From the NCBI GenBank assembly GCA_013416795.1, contig RQSC01000002.1, positions 410,603 to 474,602 on the forward strand: DNA of 64,000 nucleotides. The letters run 5' to 3'. Under the pieces are notes generated by a model that had not been told where the DNA came from, did no database searches, and saw only the letters and a list, made by a program, of their open reading frames with translations. Numbering within the stretch: the stretch's first letter is position 1; the number at the start of each line of letters is the position of its first letter. The stretch comes from Prasinococcaceae sp. CCMP 1430 (Eukaryota; Plantae; Prasinodermophyta). Positions 20,225-31,804 of this stretch are shown one piece after another. The position numbers and the translations under genes are program-made.

Positions 20225-22102
20225 ATGCCGCTTGCGAGCGCCATCGGCGGCGCGCCGCGACCGGCGCCGAGGCTCGCGGAAAAGCCCGGCACGACGGACG
20301 CGCTGGAGAACTGGGGGGGCGCCCATGCGGCACCGCAGGCTAAGAGGACTCCAGTCGCGGCTAGGGGTGCCAATGCGAAGGGTGCGAGGTGCGTGAGCGC
20401 GGTCGACAGGATCGCAGCGGCCCGCGATGCAAGGAGGGAGGCTGCCGCGGCTGCGCGCGCTGCGCGGGCGGCCGATGAGGGGAAGCACGGCGGTGCCGCG
20501 GGCGCCAACCGGGCGCGCACGCGCAAGCTCGTCGCCGTTGCGCGCGACAAGGCGCTCGCCCGACCGTCTGTCCGCGCCCCTGCGTCGGAGTCCATGCGGG
20601 CGGGCGAAGTTGGGTGCTCCTTGCGCGTCGTCGTGCGCGTGCGCCCGCTGTCGGAGCGAGAGGCGAGCGCGGAGGAGCAATTCGAGGTGATCACGGCGCC
20701 GACGCCGGAGCGCGGCGCGGCCGACGACGAGAGGCCCCCCGGGAGGAACGTGGTGGTGCACGAGCCGCGGCAGCGCGTGGACACGTCTGAGTACGTTGAT
20801 GACACCAACTTCTCCTTCGACGGCGTGCTGGGCCCGGGCCACGACAACGCGGACGCATACGAGCTCTGCGTGGGGCCTCTACTCGAGCCCGTTGCCAGCG
20901 GCGCGCACTGCACGGTCTTCGCGTACGGCGCCACCGGCGGCGGCAAAACGCACACAATTTCTAGCTTTCACGAGCGCTGTGCCCGGGAGCTGCTGGCACT
21001 CGCCGCGACGCGTGGCCGCTCCGGCGAGATCACCGTCTGCGCGTTCGAGATCTACGGACAGAAGGTCTTCGATCTGCTCGACGCGCGCAAGGCGGTGCGC
21101 CTGTGCGATGACTCAAACGGCGAGGCGCAGCTGCTGGGACTCTCGGAGCACCGGTGCGACTCGCTGGATCAGGCGATGGGCCTCGTTGACGCGGCGCACC
21201 AGAGCAGGCAGGTAGGCATTACCGCCGCGAATGATCACTCCTCGCGCTCGCACGCGGTGGTGCAGCTACAAATAGCGGGCGCCGGCGGCGGCGGCGGGAG
21301 GCTGAGTTTGGTCGACCTGGCGGGAGCCGAGCGCGGGGCCGACAATGGCAGCTCAGACCGTCGCACTCGCATGGAGGGAGCCGAAATCAACAAGAGCCTG
21401 CTCGCGCTCAAGGAGTGTGTTCGAGCACTGGCGGGTGGCTGTTCGGGGAGCAGCCACGTGCCATTTCGCGGGTCGCGGCTCACGCACGTGCTGCGCGAGT
21501 CCTTCGTCTCGCCAAACAGCCGCACTGTGCTGCTCGCGTGCGTCGCGCCGGGCTGCAAGTCGGTCGAGTACACGCTCAACACGCTCAGGTACGCCGAGCG
21601 CGCCGGGTCAATCAAGGTCGCCAGCGGCAACGCGGGGGAAAGGGCTGCCGATTCGTCCGCACAGCCCGCAAAAGGGGCGCCCAATGCGGGCCGCACGTCG
21701 CCGCCGCTCGAGCCACCCGCCGCCGAGCCTGTCGAGCGGCCCGTGCCGCGCACGCCCCCCCCGCAGCCGCACCTGGAAGCAGCCCAAACTCCCCCCGAGA
21801 TCGCCGCGCGCGCGGGAACTGGCGCTGGCGCTGCGGCGGTACCCAGCGGCAAGGCTCAAAAGTGGGCGACAGGCGCCGCTCCGCAGAGGCGTGCAAAGCC
21901 CGCGTGCTCTCTTGCACTCGTCAAGGCCCACGCGACATTCTCTGAACTGAACGGCCAGATGGCAGAGGACGAAGCTGCGCTGCTGGTGGCCGCCTCAGGA
22001 GGTGACATCACGCACGACGAGTACGTTGAGATGCTCGAGTTCGCGCTTGGCAGACGTGAGCGCGCGGTGGAAGCGCTTCGCGCCGCGCTGCGGCGAGCGT
22101 GA
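20225..22102 (+). CDS. Kinesin-13 (KIF2/MCAK-like) motor protein
   Basis: VVVRVRPL, HEPRQRVD (KVD-finger region), FAYGATGGGKTHT P-loop, SSRSHA switch I, LVDLAGAERG switch II, HVPFRGSRLTHVLRESF. Confidence 0.88.
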   Translation: MPLASAIGGAPRPAPRLAEKPGTTDALENWGGAHAAPQAKRTPVAARGANAKGARCVSAVDRIAAARDARREAAAAARAARAADEGKHGGAAGANRARTRKLVAVARDKALARPSVRAPASESMRAGEVGCSLRVVVRVRPLSEREASAEEQFEVITAPTPERGAADDERPPGRNVVVHEPRQRVDTSEYVDDTNFSFDGVLGPGHDNADAYELCVGPLLEPVASGAHCTVFAYGATGGGKTHTISSFHERCARELLALAATRGRSGEITVCAFEIYGQKVFDLLDARKAVRLCDDSNGEAQLLGLSEHRCDSLDQAMGLVDAAHQSRQVGITAANDHSSRSHAVVQLQIAGAGGGGGRLSLVDLAGAERGADNGSSDRRTRMEGAEINKSLLALKECVRALAGGCSGSSHVPFRGSRLTHVLRESFVSPNSRTVLLACVAPGCKSVEYTLNTLRYAERAGSIKVASGNAGERAADSSAQPAKGAPNAGRTSPPLEPPAAEPVERPVPRTPPPQPHLEAAQTPPEIAARAGTGAGAAAVPSGKAQKWATGAAPQRRAKPACSLALVKAHATFSELNGQMAEDEAALLVAASGGDITHDEYVEMLEFALGRRERAVEALRAALRRA

Positions 22103-22340
22103 GGTCCGCCGGGAAACCCCTCTACTCGGCGAGTCTGTACCTGGCAGTATTCGAGGTGGCGCCGCGCAGCTCGCGGAGGATGTATACAAAGAGATATATA
22201 CTGCTGCACGCTCCGAGTACTGCGCATTCAGGCTTGGGCAGCACGTTTGCGCGGGCGATAATGCCGCGCGCATTGTTGCAAGCAGGCGCGTGCACGTGCG
22301 CGCGCGCGCGGGCGCTGCACGTGCGCGCGCGCGCGGGCGC

Positions 22341-22918
22341 TCAGACGTTGGGTTTGACTTCGACCTTGATCCCCCCCGGCCCATCCGGCCCTTGACCGAC
22401 CGAGGTCTGGCATGCCATGCGGCACGTCGCGGGCTTGCCACGCAACTTGTCCTCCTCCACGGGCTCACGCTCACCGAGAAACTCCGCGCCCTCGAGAACG
22501 TCGACGACGCACGAGCCGCACTGCGAAGCCGCGCAGGGGCATGGCAAATAGAGGGCCGCGCATGCGCGTCAGAGATGCCTCGCGGGGCGAATTCAGGCCT
22601 GCCGCGGCTGCCCTGGCGCATGCTCGCGCACCTGTCCCACCCCTCCGCAGTTGAGCCCCTTGGCGAAGCCCTTGTAAAGGGAGATCCCCTCCTCGAGAAT
22701 GGCGTCCCTCAGCAGCTTCTCGCCCGACACGACCTCGAACGCGCCGACCTGCTCGCCGCCCTTGGTGCCGTCAGTGACCGTCACTGAGAGGGTGGGAGGC
22801 GCGCACGCGGCGGCATGCGTTTTGACGTGCGTTTCGCCTTCGCGGCACTAGCCCCCGCGCGGCGGCCGACCGCCGCTTGGGCGGAGCGCACGCTAGTCGC
22901 GCGCATCACCGCCGTCAT
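22341..22918 (-). CDS. Plastid 2Fe-2S ferredoxin-like protein (PnsB3/NDF4-like); intron 22631-22521 and a probable 5' intron
   Basis: LLRDAILEEGISLY...LNCGGVGQ|CGSCVVDVLEG...EEDKLRGKP..CRMACQT gives the CxxxxCxxC...C cluster ligands; N-terminal transit-like peptide. Confidence 0.8.
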
Positions 22919-23071
22919 CGCCGCCTCCGGCCCTGCGAAGCGGCGCAAGAGGCACGCGCGCGCGAGCGAGGCGTGGCGCCGCGCGTGCGCGTGCAAGGTG
23001 TGGCGCTTGGTTGGGGTTCGCGCACACGTGAGCGCGCGCCGCCTGGCGCAACGTCAGCCACTACTTTCGGA

Positions 23072-23108
23072 TAGGGTTAGGGTTTAAGGTTTAGAGTTGA
23101 GGGTTGGG
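23072..23108. repeat. Degenerate interstitial telomeric-like repeat / telo-box cluster
   Basis: tagggttagggtttaaggtttagagttgagggttggg: about five degenerate TTTAGGG/TTAGGG units upstream of the ferredoxin gene. Confidence 0.65.
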
Positions 23109-23225
23109 TGGTGGGCACAATTCCATGTCGTGTACGTACAATGCTGACAGTGTGTGTTACACATTGCGCGCACTCACGCGCGCCCCGCGGCACGCAGGCG
23201 CCCTCTTTCCGGTCGCAGGGGCGCG

Positions 23226-26200
23226 TCAGAGGGTGTCGAGGTCGAGATCGGCGACGCTCGCATCGATGCTCTCGATGAAGCTGGCGATGTCGTCGTCGTC
23301 CTCGAGGTCCGAGCCGGACGAGTCCGCGCCGCCGCCGGCGCGGGCGCCTCCGTCGCCACTGGCGGGCACGCCAGAGACGACGTCCCAGAGGATGGCAGTC
23401 CCGTCGGAGCCCCCTGCCGTGAGCAGGTGCTCGTCGCGCGCAGAGAAGGCGAGGCTGCGCAGCCGTCCGCCGTGGCCGGCAAAACCCAGCCGGGGTGCGC
23501 CGGCCACTACCGCGGGAAAGCGCATGAGGCACGCCGAGTGACGCAGACTCGTGCTGCCGCGCAGCGGCGGAGGCACCGATGTCGCGTCACCGTCGTAGTC
23601 CTCCCCGATACCCACGCCCGAGGGTGCGGACAGAGCAAGCAGCTTGCGCCCATGCGACGCACACACATGGTGTACGTCCGCGCCCGCGCCCATGACGGCA
23701 AAACCGACTGGTGAGCTCCAGCTGGCCCACGCGGAATGGTCGGAGAGCGAGGGGGCGCGGGGCACTGCTTGGGGAAGCAGCGCCTCCATCCGAGGCACGT
23801 CGCCCCCGCCCGCTGTGGCCACTGGTATCGCCTCGGTGAGCTGACCACCGGTTGCTCTACTGAAGACGAGCATCTCACGCGCGGCAGAGCACGCCATGAC
23901 AGCGGCGCCAGCCCCCGCTGCCCAGTCGACCGAGACGATGCGCGCGCTGGCGCCCTCGCACACTGCGTATGGCCGCATCACGTCGGGGTCCGCACCCTCG
24001 AGGGGTGGCACGCTCGCGCGCGCGTGGGCATTAAAGAGCGCCACGCGTCCATCGCGCGTCCCAGCAGCCAGACATCCGCCGTCAGGGGCCCATGCGAGGC
24101 AGGTGACGATTGCGCCGCCCGCGCCGCCTGCGATCTGGTCTCGCCGTGCTGGCGGCACGTGCGCCCGTCGCAGAAGCGCGAGCGGCCTGCCCGTGCCCGC
24201 GTCCGCCCGCGAGGCCAGCGCCAGGCCGCACGCCTGCGCAGCGGCGGCGATGATGCCGCCATCGAACGAAACGGCGACGCAGCACGTATCGTCGACTCTT
24301 GAGCTGGTCGACGGACGCTCCGCGTCGTCAGCGCTCGCGTTTTGACTCCCACTACGTGGTCGCGCCGTCCCATGCGCAGAGCGTGTGGCCCCGGGGACTG
24401 GGGCGAGACGCAGCCTGCCGACGCATGCTCGAGCGACGCCATCCCACTGCGCGAGGACACCTGCGGGCGTGAGCGTGTACACACGCGCATCACGCACGGG
24501 GCAGCAAGCCGCTGCGCAGACGGGCCCAGCGTGACCACTCAGGAGCATCAAACAGCGCAAAGCAGGGGGCTGCACACCAATCGTCGCGCCCGTCTGGTGC
24601 GTTGTCGGCGCGCCTGCACCCGCAATCGCGGCGGCAGCTGTCCACAGGCCGCATATCTGCATAAGCGCGCCGCCGCGAAGTGAGGCCACGAGGATATCGT
24701 CCGCTCGGCTCCCGCCTCCATCACCGCCGCTCCTCTGATCGCCGCTGTCTTTGTTGACTGGACCTACAAAGCAGTCAAGCGATGCAACCGCGAGGAGAGT
24801 ATGCGAAACGTGCCGCTCCTGTCCGCCCAAGGGCGCACTCATTGCCTCTGCTCCCGGTGCGAAAGCGAATGGATTGGCCGCAGCCACATCGAATGCACAC
24901 ACAGGCATCAAATCTCGCCCACCTTCAGCGCCCACAACAAGTGCGCCATCAGCTACTGCCCACACGCACACGCGGCCGTCCGCGCCCCCGCTGGCAACGA
25001 AGCGGCCGCAAGGACTCAGCGCGAGCCCGCGCACGCTACCATGGCCATGCGCTCGGATGCGCGAGGTGCAGCGCTTTCCCTGCCAACAATAAATTTCGCC
25101 TGTCGTTGTGCCTGTCAAGAGCGCCGCAGTCGGCCTTGTGACTGCCCCTCTGTGCTTTGAAGGCTCTTCTGCCCTCCCGTCCTTGCCGCTGCTTCGGCCC
25201 TCGCCGCCTTCCTGCCTGCGTCGACGGCTTTTTTCAGTCATATCATGGCCCTCCTCGTCGGACGCACCGCCAGGCTCAGTCTGTGCACCCTCACGCTCAT
25301 TGCCGGGGCCGCTCTCTCCCCGCGGACCGGCTGTGGCATCGGTCTCTTCCGACCCGCGCCTGCGCAACAGCTTATCTGCCTTCTGCCTCTCCCACGGCCG
25401 CCGCTGCCGCCACGTACCGCCCGGGAGGAAGAGGGCACTGACGAAGGACGCCAGCGGCGCATCAGCGAAGGACGGCGAAGCGCTCACCATGTCGAAGGCG
25501 CGACCGGTTCCTACGGCGGAACGTAACTCCCACATGCACACGTGGCGCCGCCCGACGGTGACAAAGACGTGGTCGGGCGATGGCGCGCGCGCACTCGGTC
25601 GCCCTGAGCGCTCGCGACGAGCGTAGGGGTCAAAGCATAGCGCAGATACGGCTGGAGGCACACCCTGCAGCGACGGCGCACGCGCCACGAGCCTGCGAGC
25701 CGCCCAGTGCGTCAGCGATAGTCGTAGCGGGGCGCATGCGCGCGCTCGAGCCAAGGTATTGAGCGCAGGCGCCCCCTGCACATGCACGTACCGCGGCGAT
25801 CCATAGCCTTGCACGGCCGCGCGCCAGTCCCACACATGCACAGTGTGCTTGAGATCCGCAGTGATACCCACGAGCAGCTCACCGCCGCCAGGAGAGAGCG
25901 CGAGCGCGACCAAGCCCCGACTGCGCGGCTGTGTTTGGACACAAAAACGCACAATTGGCCGCACATCCTGGAGGCTGCCACCGCCTTCGCCGCTCACGCT
26001 CGCGCCTGTGGCCCGTGCGTCCGCTTGGGCGACCCCCGAAATGTCCCAAACGCAGAGCGCTGTGGGGCTGCCGTTGTCGGCGGTGGCTGCGAGCGTGCGG
26101 CAATCGCTGAGCGCCAGCGCGCACACCTCATGCGCGTGGCCGCGCAGGAACCGCTGGTCCACGGGCGGACGCGCGGCATCAGTACCGGCGCCGACAACTG

Positions 26201-27108
26201 CAGTGCGCGCAGGAGCGTGTGCACGATCTTGCGGGGGCAGCGGCTGCGGCTGCAGAACCAGACCCTCCGCTCGCGGCGTCCCGCTGTTGCCGCTGTGATC
26301 CTGCGCCGCCGGAGTCGCCACCACTACGAGGGCGCCCGCGGGGGCGATTGCGCCGCCCGCCGGCGTCGCCCACGCGGCTTTGGCGGCAACGGCTCCCGAT
26401 GCTGCCACGGTGCAGCCAAAGGCTGCACGGGGGACGAGCGCCTCCGTCGGTGCTTCCAAGGCGGCACTGACTGCCCGTGCCTGCGCTTCTCCGCCCGGCA
26501 CCCGCACGGTGAGCGGCTGCGGATAGAGACTCAGTCTTGCCCCTCGTGCGCTCGGGCCGCTGTCACTCGCGGGCAAGGGGCCACGCCGGACGACACCGTG
26601 GCTGAGCGCTCCGGAGCATCCGACCGGCGCGGTCTGCGGGCGCCCCAGCCCAGCGTGCACGGGGCCGTCGCTCCGCGGCGACATGTCGTATCCGAGCGCG
26701 CGCTGGAGCTGCCAAAGCATCGCCCGCCCGCGCGGCGCGGCGCCGCTGCGCGCGCCGTGCGCTCTCCCGGGTAGCGCGGCCAGCACTGCCGCGGCTGCCG
26801 CGGGCCGCAGGCGAACCCCGAGCGACGCGCACGCCACCGACAGCCCCGCGGCGCTCACAGTCGCACCTAGGCCAGTCAATGCGTGGGTATCAGCGTCCCT
26901 GTCGGCGTCGCCCACGTCGGACTCGGATTCACTCTCGCTGCTGGCGCTGCTGCTGCTGCTGCTGCTATTGCTGCTATCGACGTCGTCGATGTCTCGCTCG
27001 CCGAGCGCGTCGGCGTCCTCGACCGCGCCGGCCGCGCGCAGGGCGGCGTCGAGGGCGCCGCGCGAGATGCCCGCCGCGCGGAGGGCCCGCGACAGCGCCG
27101 CGAGCGCG
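23226..27108 (-). CDS. EML/EMAP-like WD40 (HELP + beta-propeller) protein; 5' part lies in the assembly gap
   Basis: QRFLRGHAHEVCALALS...AATAD...CVWD, HTVHVWDWR, FVTVGRRHVCMW, LLTGTTTGEIYCW, VASGGADGRVCVW, GHGGRLRSLAFSARDEHLLTAGGSDGTAILW. Probable in-frame intron near 25690-25790. Confidence 0.8.
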
Positions 27109-28103
27109 NNNNNNNNNNNNNNNNNNNNNNNNNNNNNNNNNNNNNNNNNNNNNNNNNNNNNNNNNNNNNNNNNNNNNNNNNNNNNNNNNNNNNNNNNNNN
27201 NNNNNNNNNNNNNNNNNNNNNNNNNNNNNNNNNNNNNNNNNNNNNNNNNNNNNNNNNNNNNNNNNNNNNNNNNNNNNNNNNNNNNNNNNNNNNNNNNNNN
27301 NNNNNNNNNNNNNNNNNNNNNNNNNNNNNNNNNNNNNNNNNNNNNNNNNNNNNNNNNNNNNNNNNNNNNNNNNNNNNNNNNNNNNNNNNNNNNNNNNNNN
27401 NNNNNNNNNNNNNNNNNNNNNNNNNNNNNNNNNNNNNNNNNNNNNNNNNNNNNNNNNNNNNNNNNNNNNNNNNNNNNNNNNNNNNNNNNNNNNNNNNNNN
27501 NNNNNNNNNNNNNNNNNNNNNNNNNNNNNNNNNNNNNNNNNNNNNNNNNNNNNNNNNNNNNNNNNNNNNNNNNNNNNNNNNNNNNNNNNNNNNNNNNNNN
27601 NNNNNNNNNNNNNNNNNNNNNNNNNNNNNNNNNNNNNNNNNNNNNNNNNNNNNNNNNNNNNNNNNNNNNNNNNNNNNNNNNNNNNNNNNNNNNNNNNNNN
27701 NNNNNNNNNNNNNNNNNNNNNNNNNNNNNNNNNNNNNNNNNNNNNNNNNNNNNNNNNNNNNNNNNNNNNNNNNNNNNNNNNNNNNNNNNNNNNNNNNNNN
27801 NNNNNNNNNNNNNNNNNNNNNNNNNNNNNNNNNNNNNNNNNNNNNNNNNNNNNNNNNNNNNNNNNNNNNNNNNNNNNNNNNNNNNNNNNNNNNNNNNNNN
27901 NNNNNNNNNNNNNNNNNNNNNNNNNNNNNNNNNNNNNNNNNNNNNNNNNNNNNNNNNNNNNNNNNNNNNNNNNNNNNNNNNNNNNNNNNNNNNNNNNNNN
28001 NNNNNNNNNNNNNNNNNNNNNNNNNNNNNNNNNNNNNNNNNNNNNNNNNNNNNNNNNNNNNNNNNNNNNNNNNNNNNNNNNNNNNNNNNNNNNNNNNNNN
28101 NNN
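27109..28103. other. Assembly gap (995 N)
   Basis: Run of N; probably hides the divergent 5' ends of the EML-like and NUS1 genes. Confidence 0.99.
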
Positions 28104-29067
28104 CGCTGCTCGTGCCACCGGCGTGCGCGGCGGCCGCTGCGACCGCGCCGGACGGCCCGCAGGTGCGTGTGGCGCGCACGCACGCGCGCACACACCACGT
28201 GCGCTCCCGTCGCACACAACGCACGCGCACGCACACGAACACGTGCACGCATGCATCGCATGCCACGCACACTGACGAGCGAACACTCCACACGCATGCA
28301 CACGTGCGCGCGCACACACACGTACGCACACGCGTACGCACACGCACACATACGTACACGCACACACGTACACGCACGCACGCATGCGCGCGCGCGCTCG
28401 CACGTAACCCCTCCCGCCCGCCGCAGGGCGACGCGCTTGCGTCTGCTGCTCGCGCGTGCGCCGCGCTCGGTGCCAAGCGCGTGCTCGCGTACGACGCCGG
28501 GGGCGCCCTCGCAGGCGAGGGGGGGCGCGGGGGCCTACGCGCTCGCCTCGAGGGCGTTGGTGCGGGGCTGTTGGAGGGGGCGAAGGTGGAGCTGCTGGGC
28601 CCCGCGGATGCGCGCGCGCCGCTCGCCGCCGTCGCGAGGGCGTTCGCCGAGGACGCGCCGGACGGCGACGGCGGCACCGAAGGTGGCGGCGGCAAAATGG
28701 TCGCGCGCGTCCAAGCCGCGCTTGAGGACCGCGGCGCCGCGGCCGAGCCCGAGCTCGCGCTGTGCTTCGCTGCGGCTAAGCCCACCGCCGCGTCGATGGC
28801 GGCGCGCTCCGCCCCCGCCGCCCTCAGCTCCGACGCGGCGCCGTCCGCCGCGGCCTCGAGCTGCGCGCGCACGCCCTCCACGAGCGTCTGGCAGCACCAG
28901 AAGCGCACCTCGTCGCGCGCGGCGGGGCTGCCGAGGCGACGCGCGGCCTCGGCGAAGCGCTGCGGGTCGCGCGCCATCGACGCCACGTACGCGGATGCGC
29001 GAGCCTGCGCGTGTGGGCGTGCGTGAGAGGGAGTGCGTGTCAGCATGTGCGAGTGCGTGCGTGCGTG

Positions 29068-29151
<84 letters not shown>

Positions 29152-29362
29152 CGCGCGTGCGTGCATGTGTGTGTTTGCGTGCGTGTGTGCGTGCATGCGC
29201 GCGCGCGCGCAGATGCCCGCTGCTGACACATGCACGCTCGCCGGCGCGCCTCGGACGCTCGCAGAGCTCGTACAGGTGCCGCCGCTGACGCGCTGCGCGC
29301 GCGAGGACATCGAGGCGGCGTTCGACAAATACGCGCGTACGGCGAAGCGCCACGGCGCCTGA
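28104..29362 (+). CDS. NUS1: NUS1/NgBR/LEW1 (cis-prenyltransferase partner subunit), 5'-partial and internally interrupted; exons ..28162, 28427-~28801, 29265-29362
   Basis: ACAALGAKRVLAYDAGG, KVELLGPADAR, AEPELALCF and terminal ELVQVPPL...DIEAAFDKYARTAKRHGA* resemble the NUS1 C-terminal half (PDPDL..F, TEIV, QRLGK). Canonical intron 28163-28426. The conserved GF.PW.LR segment is missing. Confidence 0.7.
28795..29004 (-). other. Orphan exon fragment of exportin-T (XPOT/PAUSED N-terminus), antisense within NUS1
   Basis: ARASAYVASMARDPQRFAEAARRLGSPAARDEVRFWCCQTLVEGVR aligns by eye with plant PSD QAVTYC...VQFWCLQTLQDVLR. It is preceded by a minus-strand branch site (GCTGAC) and GCAG acceptor at 29005-29006. 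Confidence 0.65.
29045..29210. repeat. Compound microsatellite (GT)n/(GCGT)n/(GC)n in intronic sequence
   Basis: Direct inspection. Confidence 0.9.
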
Positions 29363-29558
29363 GGGGGTGGCACTGCCGAGCGCAGCGCGCTTGTACATTA
29401 ATAACAACACACGCTCACACACATACACATCACACTCATGGCCGGCGGCGCATGCCACCTTGGCTCGCGCCGAGCAGCGCGCGCGTGTGAGGGGTTGCTT
29501 GCCATTATAGTGCGCGCCGCGCGGAGCACGCAGCGCGGCGCGGCGGCAGCGCGGTGTT

Positions 29559-31337
29559 TCAGGGCAGGTAGAAGAGGCTTGAGAAGGGCGCGAATATGTC
29601 CCCATTGACGTAGTCGTTGTCGACGATATTGACGAGCACGTGCGAGTCGGCGACGCCCTCCACCACGGCCCTCGCGGCGTCGCCCTCGTCGTACACGGCG
29701 GCCCAGTCGCTGCGCCACAGCGCAAAGGCCTCGTCCTTCCACACTTTGGTAAAGGTGTCGAAGTCACACACCGTGGGCTGCACTACCTCCTTGCCCGGGA
29801 AGACGCCCCACGTCACCGCGTTAATACCCTCGGCGTTGGTGGCGGTGAAGTCGCCGCTGCGGTCGGTCGCCATGTACGATAGCGAGGGGAACTTGTCGAG
29901 GTGCGCGCGCAGCCGCTCGAAGAGCTCGCGCGGGCAGAAGAACTCGAGGTAGGCGCGCTGGTAGACGATGCCGCCGGCGCCGCCCCAGCCGACGCCCGGC
30001 GTGGATGAGTCCACGCCGTTGACGCGCGGCTGCGAGTTGACTGTCAGGAAGCCCCTGGTGTTGAGCTCGACGAGGCGCGCGGTGATGCCGTCGCTCTCGC
30101 GCGCGAGGCCCTCGTCCTCGCTCCACGGCAGCGCCCTGATCTCGCCCTTGACGAAGCCCACGAACACTTTGCCCACGTCCTCTACGCTCGCCGGCGAGCC
30201 CCACGCCTCCTTGCGGTCGATCTTGTAGCGTCGCCCGCCCGCCTTGAAGTCCTCGAAGCTGCCCTTCTTGTTCCAGTGCGAGCTGGGGTAGGCCTTCCAG
30301 CCCTTGGTGCGGTTCATGTAGCTCTTGGGCCGGTTGCCCCAGAAGAGTGGGCGCACGGACTCGTCGCTGCGGTTGGGGTTGGTCGGCGGGCGGAACGGCA
30401 GCGCGCGCGGGGGCGCCTTCGTGTCGACCATGCCCAGCCGCTCGAGGATCCCGATGACGCTGCGCTCCAGGTTGAGCGAGTACATGTGCAGCCCGTTGCA
30501 CTTGCCCGAGTCCATGATCTTCTTGCACATCTCGTACCCCATCTGGACGCCGTACGCCTTGACGGCCTCGTCGTTGTCCTTGATGGGCTCCAGCGCGTCG
30601 AGGATCGACTGCGGCACACGCGTCTTGCAGAAGCCCGTCATGCGCTTGAAGCCGCCGTACGTCTGGATGGGCATGATGCCCGGCAGGATCTCGGCGGTGA
30701 TGCCCGCGGCGCGGCAGTCGTCCACGAACTGCAGGAAGACGTCCGCGTCGTAGAACAGCTGTGTGACGATCACCTGAGCGCCGGCGTCGCACTTCTCCTT
30801 GAGGTAGGCGAGGTCCTTGGCGTAGGCCTCGGCGGTGGCAACGCCGCCCTCGCCGATGGCGTCGGGGTGCGCCTCGGGGTAGCCCGCGCACGCGAGGCCG
30901 AAGTAGTCGCCGTGCTCCTGGCGGATGTACTTGATGAGATCGAGCGCGCACGAGAAGCCGCCGACGGCCGCCGTCCAGTTCTCCTCGCCCTTTGGCGGGT
31001 CGCCGCGCAACGCGAGGATGTTCATGAGGCCCTGCTCCTTGACGCTCGCCAGCGCGTGCTTGATCATGTCCACCTTCATGTTGGTGCACGTCAGGTGCAT
31101 CATGGTCTCAACGCACACCTCGTTCTGCATGCGGCTCGCCATGTCGAGCGTCAGCTCCGCCGTCGTGCCGCCCGCGCCCCAGGTGATGTCGCAGAACAGC
31201 GGGTTGGTGCGCGCCATGCGGTCCATGCGCTCGAAGCAGTTCTCGACGCCCGCCTCCGTGCGCGGCGGGAAGTACTCGAAGCTGAAGAACCTCTCGCCGC
31301 GCGCGTTGCGCTCGGCGATCTTGTCGATGACCTTCAT
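29559..31337 (-). CDS. MTHFR: Methylenetetrahydrofolate reductase (eukaryotic type with C-terminal domain), 592 aa, intronless
   Basis: FSFEYFPPRT, DITWGAGG, ETMMHLTC, NILALRGDPP, AGYPEAHP, IVTQLFYD, GIMPIQTY, TVNSQPRVNG, NAVTWGVFPGKEVVQPT. Confidence 0.97.
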   Translation of the reverse strand: MKVIDKIAERNARGERFFSFEYFPPRTEAGVENCFERMDRMARTNPLFCDITWGAGGTTAELTLDMASRMQNEVCVETMMHLTCTNMKVDMIKHALASVKEQGLMNILALRGDPPKGEENWTAAVGGFSCALDLIKYIRQEHGDYFGLACAGYPEAHPDAIGEGGVATAEAYAKDLAYLKEKCDAGAQVIVTQLFYDADVFLQFVDDCRAAGITAEILPGIMPIQTYGGFKRMTGFCKTRVPQSILDALEPIKDNDEAVKAYGVQMGYEMCKKIMDSGKCNGLHMYSLNLERSVIGILERLGMVDTKAPPRALPFRPPTNPNRSDESVRPLFWGNRPKSYMNRTKGWKAYPSSHWNKKGSFEDFKAGGRRYKIDRKEAWGSPASVEDVGKVFVGFVKGEIRALPWSEDEGLARESDGITARLVELNTRGFLTVNSQPRVNGVDSSTPGVGWGGAGGIVYQRAYLEFFCPRELFERLRAHLDKFPSLSYMATDRSGDFTATNAEGINAVTWGVFPGKEVVQPTVCDFDTFTKVWKDEAFALWRSDWAAVYDEGDAARAVVEGVADSHVLVNIVDNDYVNGDIFAPFSSLFYLP

Positions 31338-31804
31338 GGCTGCCGCCGGACCGAGCGCGCCACGCGCGCGCGCGCGCTCGCCACGGGAGGGGGGAGGGGG
31401 GAGGAGGGCAAAGGGGGGGTTGGGTGGGGAGTGCGGGCAGTGTGCCTCCCCTCCCCCCCCCGGCAAAGAGCAGGGCGTGCGGGGCGCCACGCGCGCGGAA
31501 AAGCGCGCGTGCGCAAACAGATTTTTTTTAGATTTTTTTTTTCGGGGTGCTGAGTCCGGGGGTGGTGTGAGCGAGCGAGCGCCGCCGCGGCGCACCGGCG
31601 CCGCCAGGACGCCCGCGCCCCACGGGAGCACGCGCACGCGCAGTCGCGCATCCCCCGCCGGGTGGGCGGCGGCGCGCTCCGGGTGCTCCGCGGGCGCGCG
31701 CGCGCTCACGTGAGCGTGGTCACAAAAAATGTCGTGCGTGTACACAGCGCGGGAAGGTCCGCGCGGTGCCCGCTCCCCCGCGAGCCGCGCCGGGAAACCG
31801 GCGC

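Noticed and set aside
20918-20950. Kinesin P-loop variant GATGGGKT
   Set aside because: Within known tolerance of GxxxxGKT; all other motor motifs are intact
22291-22340. 25-bp tandem duplication just after the ferredoxin stop
   Set aside because: Real, but a simple low-complexity UTR duplication with no evident function
26879-29373. Very long ORFs spanning the N gap
   Set aside because: Artefacts of translating N as X; separate genes lie on each side
29821-31553. Long overlapping antisense and alternate-frame ORFs over MTHFR, BRM and others
   Set aside because: Expected shadow ORFs in very GC-rich DNA; Arg/Ala/Pro-rich with no recognisable motifs
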